A stretch of DNA of 57,384 nt from a virus (Duplodnaviria; Caudoviricetes): the IMG/VR virus record IMGVR_UViG_3300049596_000539, positions 1 through 57,384 of that record, one strand, 5' to 3'. The translations under genes and the position numbers were made by a program. Every line of letters begins with the position of its first letter. Position 1 is the stretch's first letter. Of the stretch, positions 27,026 to 37,364 are shown in pieces. Below the pieces are notes generated by a model that was given only the letters and a program-made list of their open reading frames with translations, was not told the origin of the DNA and did not search any database.

Positions 27026-27414
27026 TGCGTGTTTCCCTTCTCGTAGTTTTCGGTCTTACCCTCAGCCTATCACTACTTTTCACGAGATCCTTGGTTGTTA
27101 CCTAATCGTTATAAAGGGAAACTAACCCAAAAAAGTGTGGCCCAGTAGGCTAAAAAACTAACTATTTTGGCGTCGGTTTAGTGGGTAAATCGGGGTGTCC
27201 GGAGGTCCTCGACGTACTTTTAGGGTCTTTGGGACGGTTTTGAATGAGTGTGAAACCCTGATTTTATGCGGAATACGACGGAGAGTTGTGGCCCTAAACA
27301 TGATACATCTATAACTCACTCATCTATATTACTAGGGTTAGGGATTTACGGTTGTTACTGCTCTGCACTGGGAGACTTCATCGGTAGGCTCTAGTTATGT
27401 GGTAGGTTTATTTT

Positions 27415-27915
27415 ATGGATACCTTCAATCATGGCACATATGCCACCTACACAAACCGGAATTGTCGGTGCGATCTTTGCAAGAAAGCGGCCTCTGAATA
27501 TGCCAAGGCTAAGAAACTAAAAGGCTTACCAGAGGGGGATAAGAGGCACGGCACTCGGAACGGATATTTCAACTGGGGTTGTCGGTGTGATGACTGCAAA
27601 CTGATCGGCAAGGAATATGCCTCATCCCGTCCAGATGGAGCACGATCAGCTAGCTTGAAACGTAACTACGGACTGACATCGGAAGACTGGGATGAACTGT
27701 TTGAGTCCCAGGAGGGCCTCTGTGCGTCTTGTGGGGAGCCCCCTGCAAAAGATGCCAAGCGCCGGTTTCATCTGGATCACAACCACATTACCGGACAAAA
27801 CAGGGGCATCCTGTGCCATGGCTGTAACGTCGCTCTTGGTTTGTTGAAAGAGGACCGCACTAAGATTCGGGCGTTGATTGATTACCTGAACAAGTGGGAT
27901 GACGATTACTTCTAG
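27415..27915 (+). CDS. Endonuclease VII-family homing endonuclease
   Basis: LKRNYGL...Q.G.CASC...HLDHNH.TG..RGILC..CN.ALG; two N-terminal HGT..Y...CRC..C repeats. Confidence 0.88.
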   Translation: MDTFNHGTYATYTNRNCRCDLCKKAASEYAKAKKLKGLPEGDKRHGTRNGYFNWGCRCDDCKLIGKEYASSRPDGARSASLKRNYGLTSEDWDELFESQEGLCASCGEPPAKDAKRRFHLDHNHITGQNRGILCHGCNVALGLLKEDRTKIRALIDYLNKWDDDYF

Positions 27916-28032
27916 AGCGCTCTATACTTCGGAGCATTCTCTCCTCCCTTTGGCGTAGCCGAACCCAGTTCAGGGGGTAAGATATTCCTTCGGACTCGTT
28001 GATAGCGGTGCTATCAGGCCGGGTGTTCATCG

Positions 28033-30627
28033 TCAGTAGTAAAGCGTTGTGCGACCGTTGACGGTGGGCTCTAGTACCGGGTCACCTGAATCGTCTTGCA
28101 CGGCGTAACCTTCGTAGGCCGTGGCGTGGTGCATGCTGTAGGAAACGTTCCGGTGGAACCAGGCCAGGACTTCGGACTCGGTAGTAGCGGTGGCGATGGG
28201 CTGTCCGTCGCGAGTGATGGTGAACATTGGGTGCCTCCCGGCGTCTCGGTGAAAGCTGCTTTGCAGCGGGTCTTAGGTCAAGTATGCCGGTTGCGAGGGA
28301 GGAAGTCAAGCGTTTTATCAAAAGACTTTGCAAGCGCTAGAAGGCGTTTTAAGACGACGAAACCCCCGCCTAGGCTACCGACACCTAGAACAGGGGTTAA
28401 GTGGCTGAGAATTGATCCTGTGCGTTCTCAGAGGGCTTTAGCGAGCATAAGGGACAGGCCCGTAGGCTCAGTACCCTTGCGATAGGTGCCGGTAGTCCAG
28501 CCGTGATCCTTGCGGGACTTCTCTTCTCGGGTACAGTCGCGGATAGAGCCGATAGCGAGCTTGATGAGGTAAGGCTTATCGTCCTGCCCTACATAGCTCG
28601 GGTGAAAGCCCCACAGGATGTACTCTGTCTTTGTCATGGGATAAGTCTCTCAGTTCGTCTAGCAAAAGTCAAGCAGAAAAACCGAAAGGCCCTTAAGAGA
28701 ATCCCCATCCCCTAAGAGCCCCGCTTCCCTGCCCCGGATTCATTCGGTAAGGGGCGTTTTTGGTTGTTCAGTTATTCGGATTCAAGCGGCTCGATTCGGA
28801 GCAATACCCTGTCATACGCATCACAGTTTCGGATGAACTCGGTAAGCTCGTTGAGTCCCTGTTTGAAAGTGGTTCGCACATACCCGTCTCGCGAGTAGGT
28901 GATAACGAATTTGTTGTTCATGTCCCAATCCTCTCACTCTCTACGCGAAAAGTCAAGTGAGCAAAGCGAACGTGTGAGGCGTTAGCCGATCAAGCCCTAC
29001 GCGAAAGATGTTCTAAGTGTTCTTGAAATCGTTTGGCCGCGTCAATCTGTGCCTGTTTTACAGCTAACAGGTAAATTGTCGCACCTGAATTCGTGCGGGT
29101 TAGCGTGAGCATTAGACCAACACGTCTCGTCCGGCGTCGTCCTTGACGGAGTAGCCCTCATACGGCGGTTGAGGTACGCATCAGTCAAACCCGATACAGA
29201 TTGCCAGTATGTGTCATGGATTCAGGGTACGACCAGGAATGCTGCATCGCGGAACACGGCTCACCTTGCGGGTCTAGATCACCCTCGCATCGCATCCATG
29301 TATATTCGATGACTTTGCCCGCAAGCCCCGGATTCAGAAAGCCGTTGAAATGCGCGGTTTCTGACTCTGAGTAGTGGTGGGACACTAAGTGTCCGCAAGT
29401 GCATCGAGCGTAGGACCCATCACTTGCATCAGTCATACGCCCGCCCTCGCAAACTCAACTTCCCGGACGTATTCGATATGCGTGCATCGCGGCCCGCAAT
29501 AGATGCCGTAGGCGTCACTGTGCGCCCCGCCAACGCCCGCGAGCGCGTGTGTAGCGCAATCCGGCGCGTCCATGCGAACGAAAGTGGCAGGTGACCCACA
29601 GACGTCACAGGGATAGGTGCTGAAGGCCCCCTCGCGAGCGGTCCAGCCCAACTCGATTAGATTGCTAAGAGTGCTCATGATGGCCTCCCGACCTACCGGT
29701 GCGGGTTAGGGTTCTCATGCGAACGGCTCCCCCCTCTTCCAGATAACGCGCATCCCCTGGGGGTAGACGATAAGCCCGGCCTCTGCCGCATTCTCTAGGG
29801 CAATGGGTCGATAAGTCTTTTGCCAGTCTCGGCTAAGTTCCGCCCACTCCACTACAGTAGGTCCCTGTACCACGATGCGGTCGCCATCAGAGTTAATAAC
29901 GGTAGCGAATGTTTCGGTGTATTCGTTCATGTCTCTATTCTCCTACGCGATGGTGTGTAAGTCAAGCGGCGAGCGCTAATTGATAATGATTCTCAAGTAA
30001 AGACAAACGCAGATTCAGTCATTAACCTCAGCATGCACCATCCACGCACCCAGCCCGGCAAGCGCCAGCACGAACGCGGTGCCCACAACGTGGACGTTGG
30101 TGGATGAGATAGCGGCGAGGTCCAGCACGACGTAGAGCGCAATGAGCCCTGCGAGCGTGAGAGCGGCGAACGCGATGGCCCCGGCGTACTGTACGGCGAG
30201 TCGCTGTACGCGGGTGAGGATGGCGGCGGTGTTCATTAGATGCTCCAGTGAATAGCGGTGTGGATGAATGCGATGAGCAATGCCGATGCGAGAAGGGCAC
30301 ATGCGGTGTCGATCACGGGGCGACGGCGGGTCATCATGCACCCATCCGCATAGCGCGTGCAATGACGGTACGGATAACGGACACCGAGTCAGCACCGCGG
30401 AACATAGCACCTGCCTGCCCCCGCTTGCGCGTGTCGCCTACGGCTGTGGTGCCTAGGTAGTTGGGGAAGATGCTACGCGCGGTGTCCGTCAGGGGATTGA
30501 TGGTAACGGTGGCCCACGGCGTGCCGTTCTCGGTAGCGGTGAACGTGGTGCGAGTCTCGTGCGGCAATGCGGCCAACATCGTGGCGAATGCGGCGACTGA
30601 CTTAGCTTCAACCGTTTGCGTGTTCAT
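28033..30627 (-). other. Early region of small hypothetical CDSs (28033-28227, 28428-28637, 28772-28921, 29185-29436, 29433-29678, 29715-29930, 30015-30236 membrane, 30334-30627)
   Basis: Most are headed by TTGAC-N17-(-10) promoters; same strand. Confidence 0.55.
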
Positions 30628-30662
30628 GTCTCTAGTATGGCGCAGCTAGGGGGTAGGGTCAA
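28281..30662 (-). promoter_or_regulatory. Cluster of SigA-like early promoters (28281-28309, 28644-28672, 28928-28956, 29937-29965, 30634-30662)
   Basis: TTGAC(T/C)-N17-(CATACT/GAGACT/GAGGAT/GAGAAT); four have ATG exactly 6 nt downstream. Confidence 0.75.
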
Positions 30663-30881
30663 CCCTTTATTTCGTTTGTTACATGATCGTAACATAAGCA
30701 TGGGCCTAGCACACGCGGGGTGGGGTGTCAAGGGGGTTGCGCGGTGGATGTTTGTTGGGTAGGGCAACGAAAGGTCTCAGTTTCTCCCGAAGGGATACCC
30801 GTCTCCTGGGTCGCGGTCCCACCGTAGGCGCATCGAATCAACAAAGGTCCCACAGGTTGAAAACTCTGATAAACTTGTAGT

Positions 30882-31721
30882 ATGAACCAAATTTTTTGTA
30901 ATTCACCCGAATGCCCCAACCCCGCCCGCGCTGGAGGTCTTTGCTCAAAGCACTACGAACAGGGTAGAAAGGGCTCGAAAGACCAAACCCGTAACGACAA
31001 CCCCTACCCGACCTGCGCCGTAAGTCACTGTGACGTTCTCGCTATAAGCCGGAAAGAAGGTGCTTTATGCGCCCCACATTTCCAAAAGAAGTACCGCGGA
31101 ATAGATCCCGAGACCTACTTACTCCCCGTGGATCACCCAGCCCGGTTTGCTAAGACTTGTGCGGAACCGGGGTGCCAGCGTAACGCGGTGACGAAAGGGG
31201 TTTGTGGGTACCATAGGAAACGTGCTCAGATGGGGAAGACCACCGTTGCCCATCCTGTCAAGGTTCGACCGCCGTGTTCCTTCGAGGGGTGCAATTCCCT
31301 CACCGAGACCGCGGGCTTGTGCCACAGTCATTACGAGCAACTTAGAACCCAGGGAGAACTTAAACCGCTCCGAGACTACGGTAAATACGTGGACGGTAAA
31401 CTCAGGTGCCCCGTACCGGGATGCCGCAAGCCACAGATGACCCGCGGGGTTTGTGACAGGCACTTTATAGCGATGTCAAAGTACGGCGTTACTCTTGAGG
31501 ACCTTATCCGAATTTGGGACGATCCGAAATGCAGTAACCCCGGCTGCACAAACACGACGAGACTTCATATGGACCATGACCACGAAACCGGAAAGTTTAG
31601 GGCTCTCCTGTGTTCGGGCTGCAATACGGGCCTCGGACATCTGAAGGAAGATCGCCAGCGCATTCTAGGGCTTGTTGCTTACTTGGATCTTTTCACGGAT
31701 AAAGAGGGGCTGATAAACTAG
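30882..31721 (+). CDS. Endonuclease VII-family homing endonuclease with tandem Zn-finger repeats
   Basis: Five C-x4-C...(G)xC-x2-H repeats; C-terminal HMDHDHETGKFRALLCSGCNTGLG. Confidence 0.85.
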   Translation: MNQIFCNSPECPNPARAGGLCSKHYEQGRKGSKDQTRNDNPYPTCAVSHCDVLAISRKEGALCAPHFQKKYRGIDPETYLLPVDHPARFAKTCAEPGCQRNAVTKGVCGYHRKRAQMGKTTVAHPVKVRPPCSFEGCNSLTETAGLCHSHYEQLRTQGELKPLRDYGKYVDGKLRCPVPGCRKPQMTRGVCDRHFIAMSKYGVTLEDLIRIWDDPKCSNPGCTNTTRLHMDHDHETGKFRALLCSGCNTGLGHLKEDRQRILGLVAYLDLFTDKEGLIN

Positions 31722-31728
31722 AAAGGCA

Positions 31729-32166
31729 ATGAGGAAAAGACAGAAACGCGAGCCGACCCGGGATAACCCCCCGATCATTGTGCCGCGGTTTTTGCTGACT
31801 GCCAAGTACCTGTTGCTTGCCGTCCTCGGTCTTTCCGTCTTTATCGCTACGTCCCCTTCGCTGAACCTGACCGGCGGGGATTACCTCTCCCCTATTTGGG
31901 GCGCGTTGATGGTGATTGCGTCTTTGGTCGCGGCTGTTGGGTCGGTGTCGATTGAGACGGAGGCGCTGGAGCGGTGGAGTAGTTCAGCGGTTGTTATCCT
32001 GTTGATCGTTTATGCGTTCTCCCCCGTTGCTATTATCCTCACGACGGGCGATGCTGACCGGTTGGCGTATTCTGTTACGGCGCTGGCGTTAACGGGGGTT
32101 CCGAGTGCTCGGGCGTGGTATTTGCTGCGTCGTACGGGTTTGAAAATGTCTAGCGAGGTCAAGTGA
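31729..32166 (+). CDS. Membrane protein (about 4 TM)
   Basis: Four hydrophobic helices; own promoter at 31711. Confidence 0.7.
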   Translation: MRKRQKREPTRDNPPIIVPRFLLTAKYLLLAVLGLSVFIATSPSLNLTGGDYLSPIWGALMVIASLVAAVGSVSIETEALERWSSSAVVILLIVYAFSPVAIILTTGDADRLAYSVTALALTGVPSARAWYLLRRTGLKMSSEVK

Positions 32167-32595
32167 ATGACGGGCGAGGAAATCCGCGGGTGGGCGGCGA
32201 TTGTACTGGGAGCGATTGCCACTCTAGGTGTTGCGTGGATTGCGGCTCGTGCTGCGTGGAAGAACTCAAGGAAATCCACTGAAGAACAAGCGGCCATGCG
32301 CCGGGAGCCGTCCTGGACTGAGTTGGTAGGGGAGAACCGCTCGCTGAGGAAAGACTTGACGGATCTGTCGAAAGAGTTTGATAGTTATAAGAAGCACACC
32401 GACGAGGCTATTGACAAGCTGGAAGACAACAACCGCGTCACCGCCCGCCGGGAAGTGCTTTTGTATTGGTATACCCGCACGCTTCGCGATCACGTCACCG
32501 GAGGGTTCCCACCCCCGCCTCCTGAGCCTCCCGTGGAACTTTCTGACTGGTTTGACCGGTTTGAAGAGACCGCGCCTTCGGGACTGTTTCGTTAG
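32167..32595 (+). CDS. Membrane-anchored coiled-coil protein
   Basis: N-terminal TM, coiled coil, PPPPPEPP tail. Confidence 0.65.
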   Translation: MTGEEIRGWAAIVLGAIATLGVAWIAARAAWKNSRKSTEEQAAMRREPSWTELVGENRSLRKDLTDLSKEFDSYKKHTDEAIDKLEDNNRVTARREVLLYWYTRTLRDHVTGGFPPPPPEPPVELSDWFDRFEETAPSGLFR

Positions 32596-32702
32596 CCCTC
32601 TTTCACTTTGACTCCCAGTCAATTCACAGCATAATTTCCCGCCTCACAGGCTAATTCGCTCTTTTCCCGTGATAGATTGTAAGGGAGGAGAGGGGATTTA
32701 TC

Positions 32703-33119
32703 GTGGAAGATCGCAAGTTTCAGGTCGGGGATATTGTTCAGAGAACGTCGCAGTTTTCCCCCAGTTATCGAGTTGGAACTAAGCCTTTCGAGGTTCGAGA
32801 GATACGGGTTCCCGCCGGCGTAAACGAGGATTACATCATTGATGTCTACGGTCAGGAGCATTGGCCTGGGATGCTTACCTTAGTTAAAACCGCTGAGCCC
32901 GACACTAACGCAGTATCACCCGCCCACTACAGGTTCGGAGACGCCCAGGTCATTGATATCACCCGCCACCTGGACTTCCTTTCTGGATCGGCAATCAAGT
33001 ACATTGCGCGGGCAGGTCGCAAGGGAGACCGTTTGACCGATTTGAAAAAGGCTCGTCAGTTCGTTGATTGGTTGATCGAGGATGCAGAGAAGGCGAACCG
33101 AAATGGTAGCGATGCCTGA
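32703..33119 (+). CDS. DUF3310-domain protein
   Basis: AVSPAHY...IDI...F..G.AIKYI.RAGRKG...DLKKA. Confidence 0.8.
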   Translation: MEDRKFQVGDIVQRTSQFSPSYRVGTKPFEVREIRVPAGVNEDYIIDVYGQEHWPGMLTLVKTAEPDTNAVSPAHYRFGDAQVIDITRHLDFLSGSAIKYIARAGRKGDRLTDLKKARQFVDWLIEDAEKANRNGSDA

Positions 33120-34112
33120 CCGACACATTACGATCAAGGTTGACGAAGAGGCTCTTAAGGCGCAGATTGACGCGGTTATTGAAGAGGCGCTGAAGGAGGC
33201 GAGTCTGAAGTTGCGGTGGGCTGCTGATGCTCTTGATACTAAGTTCTATGATGAGCAGGTCAAGGCTCATGACGAGTGGATAAAGTCTGAGGTGGAGCGA
33301 CGGCTGAAGGAGCGCGAATGACGCAGACAACCTTCGTTACATGGCACGATGATCGCCCGTTCATTCATTTCGGCTCTCCCGCGGACGCAACGTATTGGGT
33401 GAAACCTGAAGAGAAGCCTAAGAAAAAGTCTAAGAAGCGAAAGAAGAAAAAGCGATGACGCTCGAACAGGTAGAAAAAGCGATCTACGATTACTACCAGG
33501 GCATGACGAAGCAGATCAACCGCTTGTACCCCGATGATCCGGTCAGGGCACAGAGCATTCGGGTTAGGGAAGAGGGGCGGCTGGCTCAGTTGTGGAGCCT
33601 TTTCGATAGGATGATTTGGGAGAAGACGGCGTGAACAGCAACAGCTATATCGAGGTTTACCCCGTAGGTGTTCTTATGGACCTCAAGCACCGTAAGATCC
33701 AGAGATCCATCCGTTATCTCCATTACCAGTTCAAGGCTCGGAACTGGCGGGCGATTAAAAGTTCGTTTAACGGGTATCTTGCGGAGTGGCATTATCCGCC
33801 CGAGATGCGCCATTCCCGGTGCGGTCACGGATGGACCAAGCGACGCGCACTAAGGGACCTGGGGCGGCATATCGTGGAGAGTAATGTTGGAGGGGGTAAC
33901 CGATGAAAGAAGTAATTCAGCGTCTTCAAGAGGATCAGATTAAGCAATACCTGCTTTCCGAGATGGCGGCGGAGCAACTTGTTTCTCGGGAGCCTGGCGG
34001 GTTTGTTTACGTGGGAGAAAAGAACTCCTACTGGGTTGAACTGAAGTTGTTTAAGCGGGAGAGCGAGAAGGTTCGTTTGATGGAGCGAGACGAGGGGTTG
34101 GGGTACGACTGA
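33112..34112 (+). other. Five small hypothetical CDSs (33112-33321, 33318-33458, 33455-33634, 33631-33906, 33903-34112)
   Basis: ATGA/GTGA coupled chain. Confidence 0.55.
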
Positions 34113-34150
34113 GAAATAAGCCCTACCCTGATAACCCGCAAAATATCAGT

Positions 34151-34190
34151 CCGAGCCCTCGTTCCTCCCCCCCGGAGCGGGGGTTTTCGG
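34151..34190 (+). terminator. Intrinsic terminator
   Basis: GC hairpin (AGCCCTCGTTCC/GGAGCGGGGGTT) followed by a T run. Confidence 0.6.
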
Positions 34191-34223
34191 TTTCCCCCTG
34201 TAAACTAGAGAGCGGAGGTAATT

Positions 34224-34736
34224 GTGGCTGACGAGGTAGAAGTTGTAGAGGATGCTCGCGTTCAGCGTTACGTCCTGCGGTACATCGGCAAGAAGAGTGC
34301 GCGAGAGATGGCGTCCGAGCTTGGCGTTACCCCAGAGGAGATTCTGCGGGCGAAGCGAGAACTTATCGAGTTTGTAGATCCGCTAACCCTTCAACTCCAG
34401 AGACTACAACTCCTTACGAAACTCCAAGAGCTTGCGGATATGGCCTACGAAAAGGCCGCACAGATTAGTGATGAAAGAAATTTCTCAGGTGCAATAAATT
34501 CGAGCGTAGGTGCTATTAAGACGCTCCTGATCGAATACAACCGGGCCTCTGCGAAGGACGACGTTGCGGTCTCATCCCTGAATCAGTTGCGCGTTCGAGA
34601 GCTATTCAGCCTGATGGTCGAAGTTATCGAGGCCGGTGTTCGGGAAATATCTGACGAGCACGGACTGGACGAACAGGAACTCTACGGGGTGTTCAACCGG
34701 AACCTATCCGAAGCGGCGGCAAAGCGGGAGTCATAA
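34224..34736 (+). CDS. Terminase small subunit (putative)
   Basis: N-terminal HTH, helical; position upstream of TerL; GGAGGT RBS. Confidence 0.6.
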   Translation: MADEVEVVEDARVQRYVLRYIGKKSAREMASELGVTPEEILRAKRELIEFVDPLTLQLQRLQLLTKLQELADMAYEKAAQISDERNFSGAINSSVGAIKTLLIEYNRASAKDDVAVSSLNQLRVRELFSLMVEVIEAGVREISDEHGLDEQELYGVFNRNLSEAAAKRES

Positions 34737-34774
34737 CCTCCAGTACGAGCATGTACGTATGATAAGCTTGGATT

Positions 34775-35713
34775 ATGGAGCGACGAAACCTCATCTACGG
34801 AATCTTGGACATCCGAGATCCGGAACGAATCCGATATGTAGGTAAGACAGTAACGAACCTGTCTAATAGGATGCGCAACCACTGGACTTACGCCCGAAAC
34901 TCCGCACGCCCCACAAGGATTCAGGGTTGGCTACGGTCAAGGATAGATAATCCTGAGGTCGTGGAGATTCGCGAACTCTGTGAAGCCGATGATGAGAACG
35001 AACTGAATGAATTGGAAGTTTTCTGGATTTCCAATTTACGTAGTGCGGGGCAAGCTGACCTGAACCTTACGGACGGCGGCGACGGAGGTAGGGGTTCGGT
35101 CCATTCACCGGAGTCCAGGACAGCGCTATCGGAGAAGTACCGTGCATCGGGTGGGCCATCTGCTAAGTTGAACTGGGCCACGGTGCATGAAATCAGGGCA
35201 CGGAGGCAAGCCCTGTACCAAGAGGCAACTGTTTTAGCCGCAGACTATGGAGTAACCCGAACAGCTATCGACCGAATACTTAAAAATCAACTTTGGTTCG
35301 ATCCGACGTTTAACCCCGAAAGCATAGCCTCCCGCCCAGCAGGCAGCCATCATCGCACTAAGCTGACGATGGATGAGGTACGTGAACTTCGAAATCTTAG
35401 ACTGTCTGAGTGGGTGTCGAGTCGTTCACTGGCTGATAAATTCCGGATGTCCGAATCCGCGATTCAACACCTTCTTGAGAATAAAACGTACCGAGATCCC
35501 GAGTATGATCCCGCAAGGCTTGCAAAGAGGGGGCAAACGGATTTTACAGCCCCTAACAAAGGTCGAAGGCAACTTAGTGCTTTAGAGGCGAGGGATATTA
35601 AAGCGAGGGCTCTAAAAGGTGAGCCAGTATCCCAGATAGCTGAGGAGTACGGCCTTACCCACAGTCATGTTTATGCTATACGCCGGGGCGATGTTTGGAA
35701 GGACCTCCCATGA
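34775..35713 (+). CDS. GIY-YIG homing endonuclease with repeated HTH modules
   Basis: LIYG...RYVGKT...R...H, E..WI, LNLTDGGDG; three KL....V.EIR HTH repeats. Confidence 0.88.
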   Translation: MERRNLIYGILDIRDPERIRYVGKTVTNLSNRMRNHWTYARNSARPTRIQGWLRSRIDNPEVVEIRELCEADDENELNELEVFWISNLRSAGQADLNLTDGGDGGRGSVHSPESRTALSEKYRASGGPSAKLNWATVHEIRARRQALYQEATVLAADYGVTRTAIDRILKNQLWFDPTFNPESIASRPAGSHHRTKLTMDEVRELRNLRLSEWVSSRSLADKFRMSESAIQHLLENKTYRDPEYDPARLAKRGQTDFTAPNKGRRQLSALEARDIKARALKGEPVSQIAEEYGLTHSHVYAIRRGDVWKDLP

Positions 35714-37308
35714 GCCTAATCGAAGTCGCTAATGAAGTGCTTGCAGAGATTCGTCTAAAGAGCCAGAGAGACCTCTACCGGAATGATTATCATGCCTGGC
35801 GCAGCGATATTCTTGGGTACAATTCTTACGCCCGGATGAACCAGATCACCTGGGAGGCGTTGCACGGACCCTTGACGAAGACGGCAGTCGCCTCCGCTAA
35901 TGGCGTGTCAAAGTCCTGGGAGATGTCGTGCATGATTGCGTGGGCGTCCTCTGTGTTCGAGCCGGGAGATGTGACATCCATCGTTACCGCCCCCTCCATC
36001 CAGCAGGTCGAAAAGGTTATCTGGGCGTACCTGAAGAATCATTTCGGTCAAGCGTCGGCGCGACAAAACAGTCTCCCCGGGCGGCTCTCCGAGAAACTGG
36101 AATGGATTTACGACGGCGAGAATGGCAAGACCTTCCTGGCGTACGGACGTGTGCCCTCCAAGGGTAAAGAGATGGCTGTCTTCCAGGGTGTTCGAGGTGT
36201 TAAGGGTCGAGTCTACGTCTTCTCCGACGAGGGCGGCGCAATCGAGCGGGACATGTTCACGGCGATGGAGGCCGTGACGACGGGTTCCGGGTCACGAGCG
36301 GCAGTGTTCGGGAACCCTGACTATCCCCAGGCGTACTGGCGGCGATTCTGGGATAAGACAAAGCCCGAGGGCCGAACCTGGAATACGTTCAATATAAGTG
36401 CGTTCGAGTTGCCGACGATGACCGGAGAAGTTGTCTACCCGAACGATCCCGAAATGGAGGCTCGTTTCCGGTCAGCCATTACCTCTCGCGAGTGGATTGA
36501 GAATAAGAAAGAGATTTGGTCTGAGACTGAGGCCCGCTACCTCTCGAAGGTCATGGGGCAGTTCCCCGAAGATGACGATTTCGCTTTCTTTCCTCAGGCG
36601 GCGATCAACACAGCTTACGACGCAAGCATTGAAGATGACGGTGCCGCACCCCTGATTCTTGGAGTAGATATTGCTCGGTATGGTCAGGATGAATCAGTTA
36701 TTGCGGCTAACCGCGGCGGAAGAATTCGCGTCATAGATCACTGGGGCAAAACGGACACCGTAGAGACCTCCCGGCGCATTCATAAGTTCGCTCAAGAATC
36801 CGGAGCGGTGGAGGTTCGGATTGACTCTGGTGGAGTCGGCGGCGGTGTGTATGACATGTTGGATGAGTTGGATGAGTTCTTCCCGAAGAGTTATGTTCTG
36901 ATCGGCTGGGATAACGGCTCTGCCTCTCCCGACCTAACTCAGTGGGGTCGAAAACGAGCGTATGCCCATGACAGTCTCCGTAAGCAGATGACGAATGGTG
37001 AAATCGACCTGGATTACGACGATGAGGGCTTGCGCGAGGAATTGCAGGCTATTACGTACAAGTTCAACAGCCGTGGAGCCATCGAGATTACCGCGAAGGA
37101 CGAAATCAAGAAGGGCCTTTCCGGACAATCTCCCGACCGCCTAGATGCCGTGATTATGGCCGCGTGCGACATGAGCCCCTGGACCGGAAACCCGTGGAAT
37201 CAACTCCCGGTGGGAGCGGTAGTGTCCGAAGACAGGTCCGAAATCCCCGACTACGGCCTCTCCGAGTACCTCTCAGGTGCGGGAATGCCGATGAAGTGGC
37301 GCGGCTAA
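35710..37308 (+). CDS. Terminase large subunit
   Basis: Walker A SANGVSKS, TAPS, Walker B FSDE, GNP, nuclease LGVDIARYGQD and SPDRLDA. Confidence 0.93.
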   Translation: MSLIEVANEVLAEIRLKSQRDLYRNDYHAWRSDILGYNSYARMNQITWEALHGPLTKTAVASANGVSKSWEMSCMIAWASSVFEPGDVTSIVTAPSIQQVEKVIWAYLKNHFGQASARQNSLPGRLSEKLEWIYDGENGKTFLAYGRVPSKGKEMAVFQGVRGVKGRVYVFSDEGGAIERDMFTAMEAVTTGSGSRAAVFGNPDYPQAYWRRFWDKTKPEGRTWNTFNISAFELPTMTGEVVYPNDPEMEARFRSAITSREWIENKKEIWSETEARYLSKVMGQFPEDDDFAFFPQAAINTAYDASIEDDGAAPLILGVDIARYGQDESVIAANRGGRIRVIDHWGKTDTVETSRRIHKFAQESGAVEVRIDSGGVGGGVYDMLDELDEFFPKSYVLIGWDNGSASPDLTQWGRKRAYAHDSLRKQMTNGEIDLDYDDEGLREELQAITYKFNSRGAIEITAKDEIKKGLSGQSPDRLDAVIMAACDMSPWTGNPWNQLPVGAVVSEDRSEIPDYGLSEYLSGAGMPMKWRG

Positions 37309-37364
37309 GAATAACGGGCTGATAAACTAGGATTAAGCACCTATTAGCGCGAATTGAGGACTTA

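Noticed and set aside
27218-27343. Telomere-like TTAGGG repeats
   Set aside because: Only a few scattered copies in AT-rich DNA; consistent with chance
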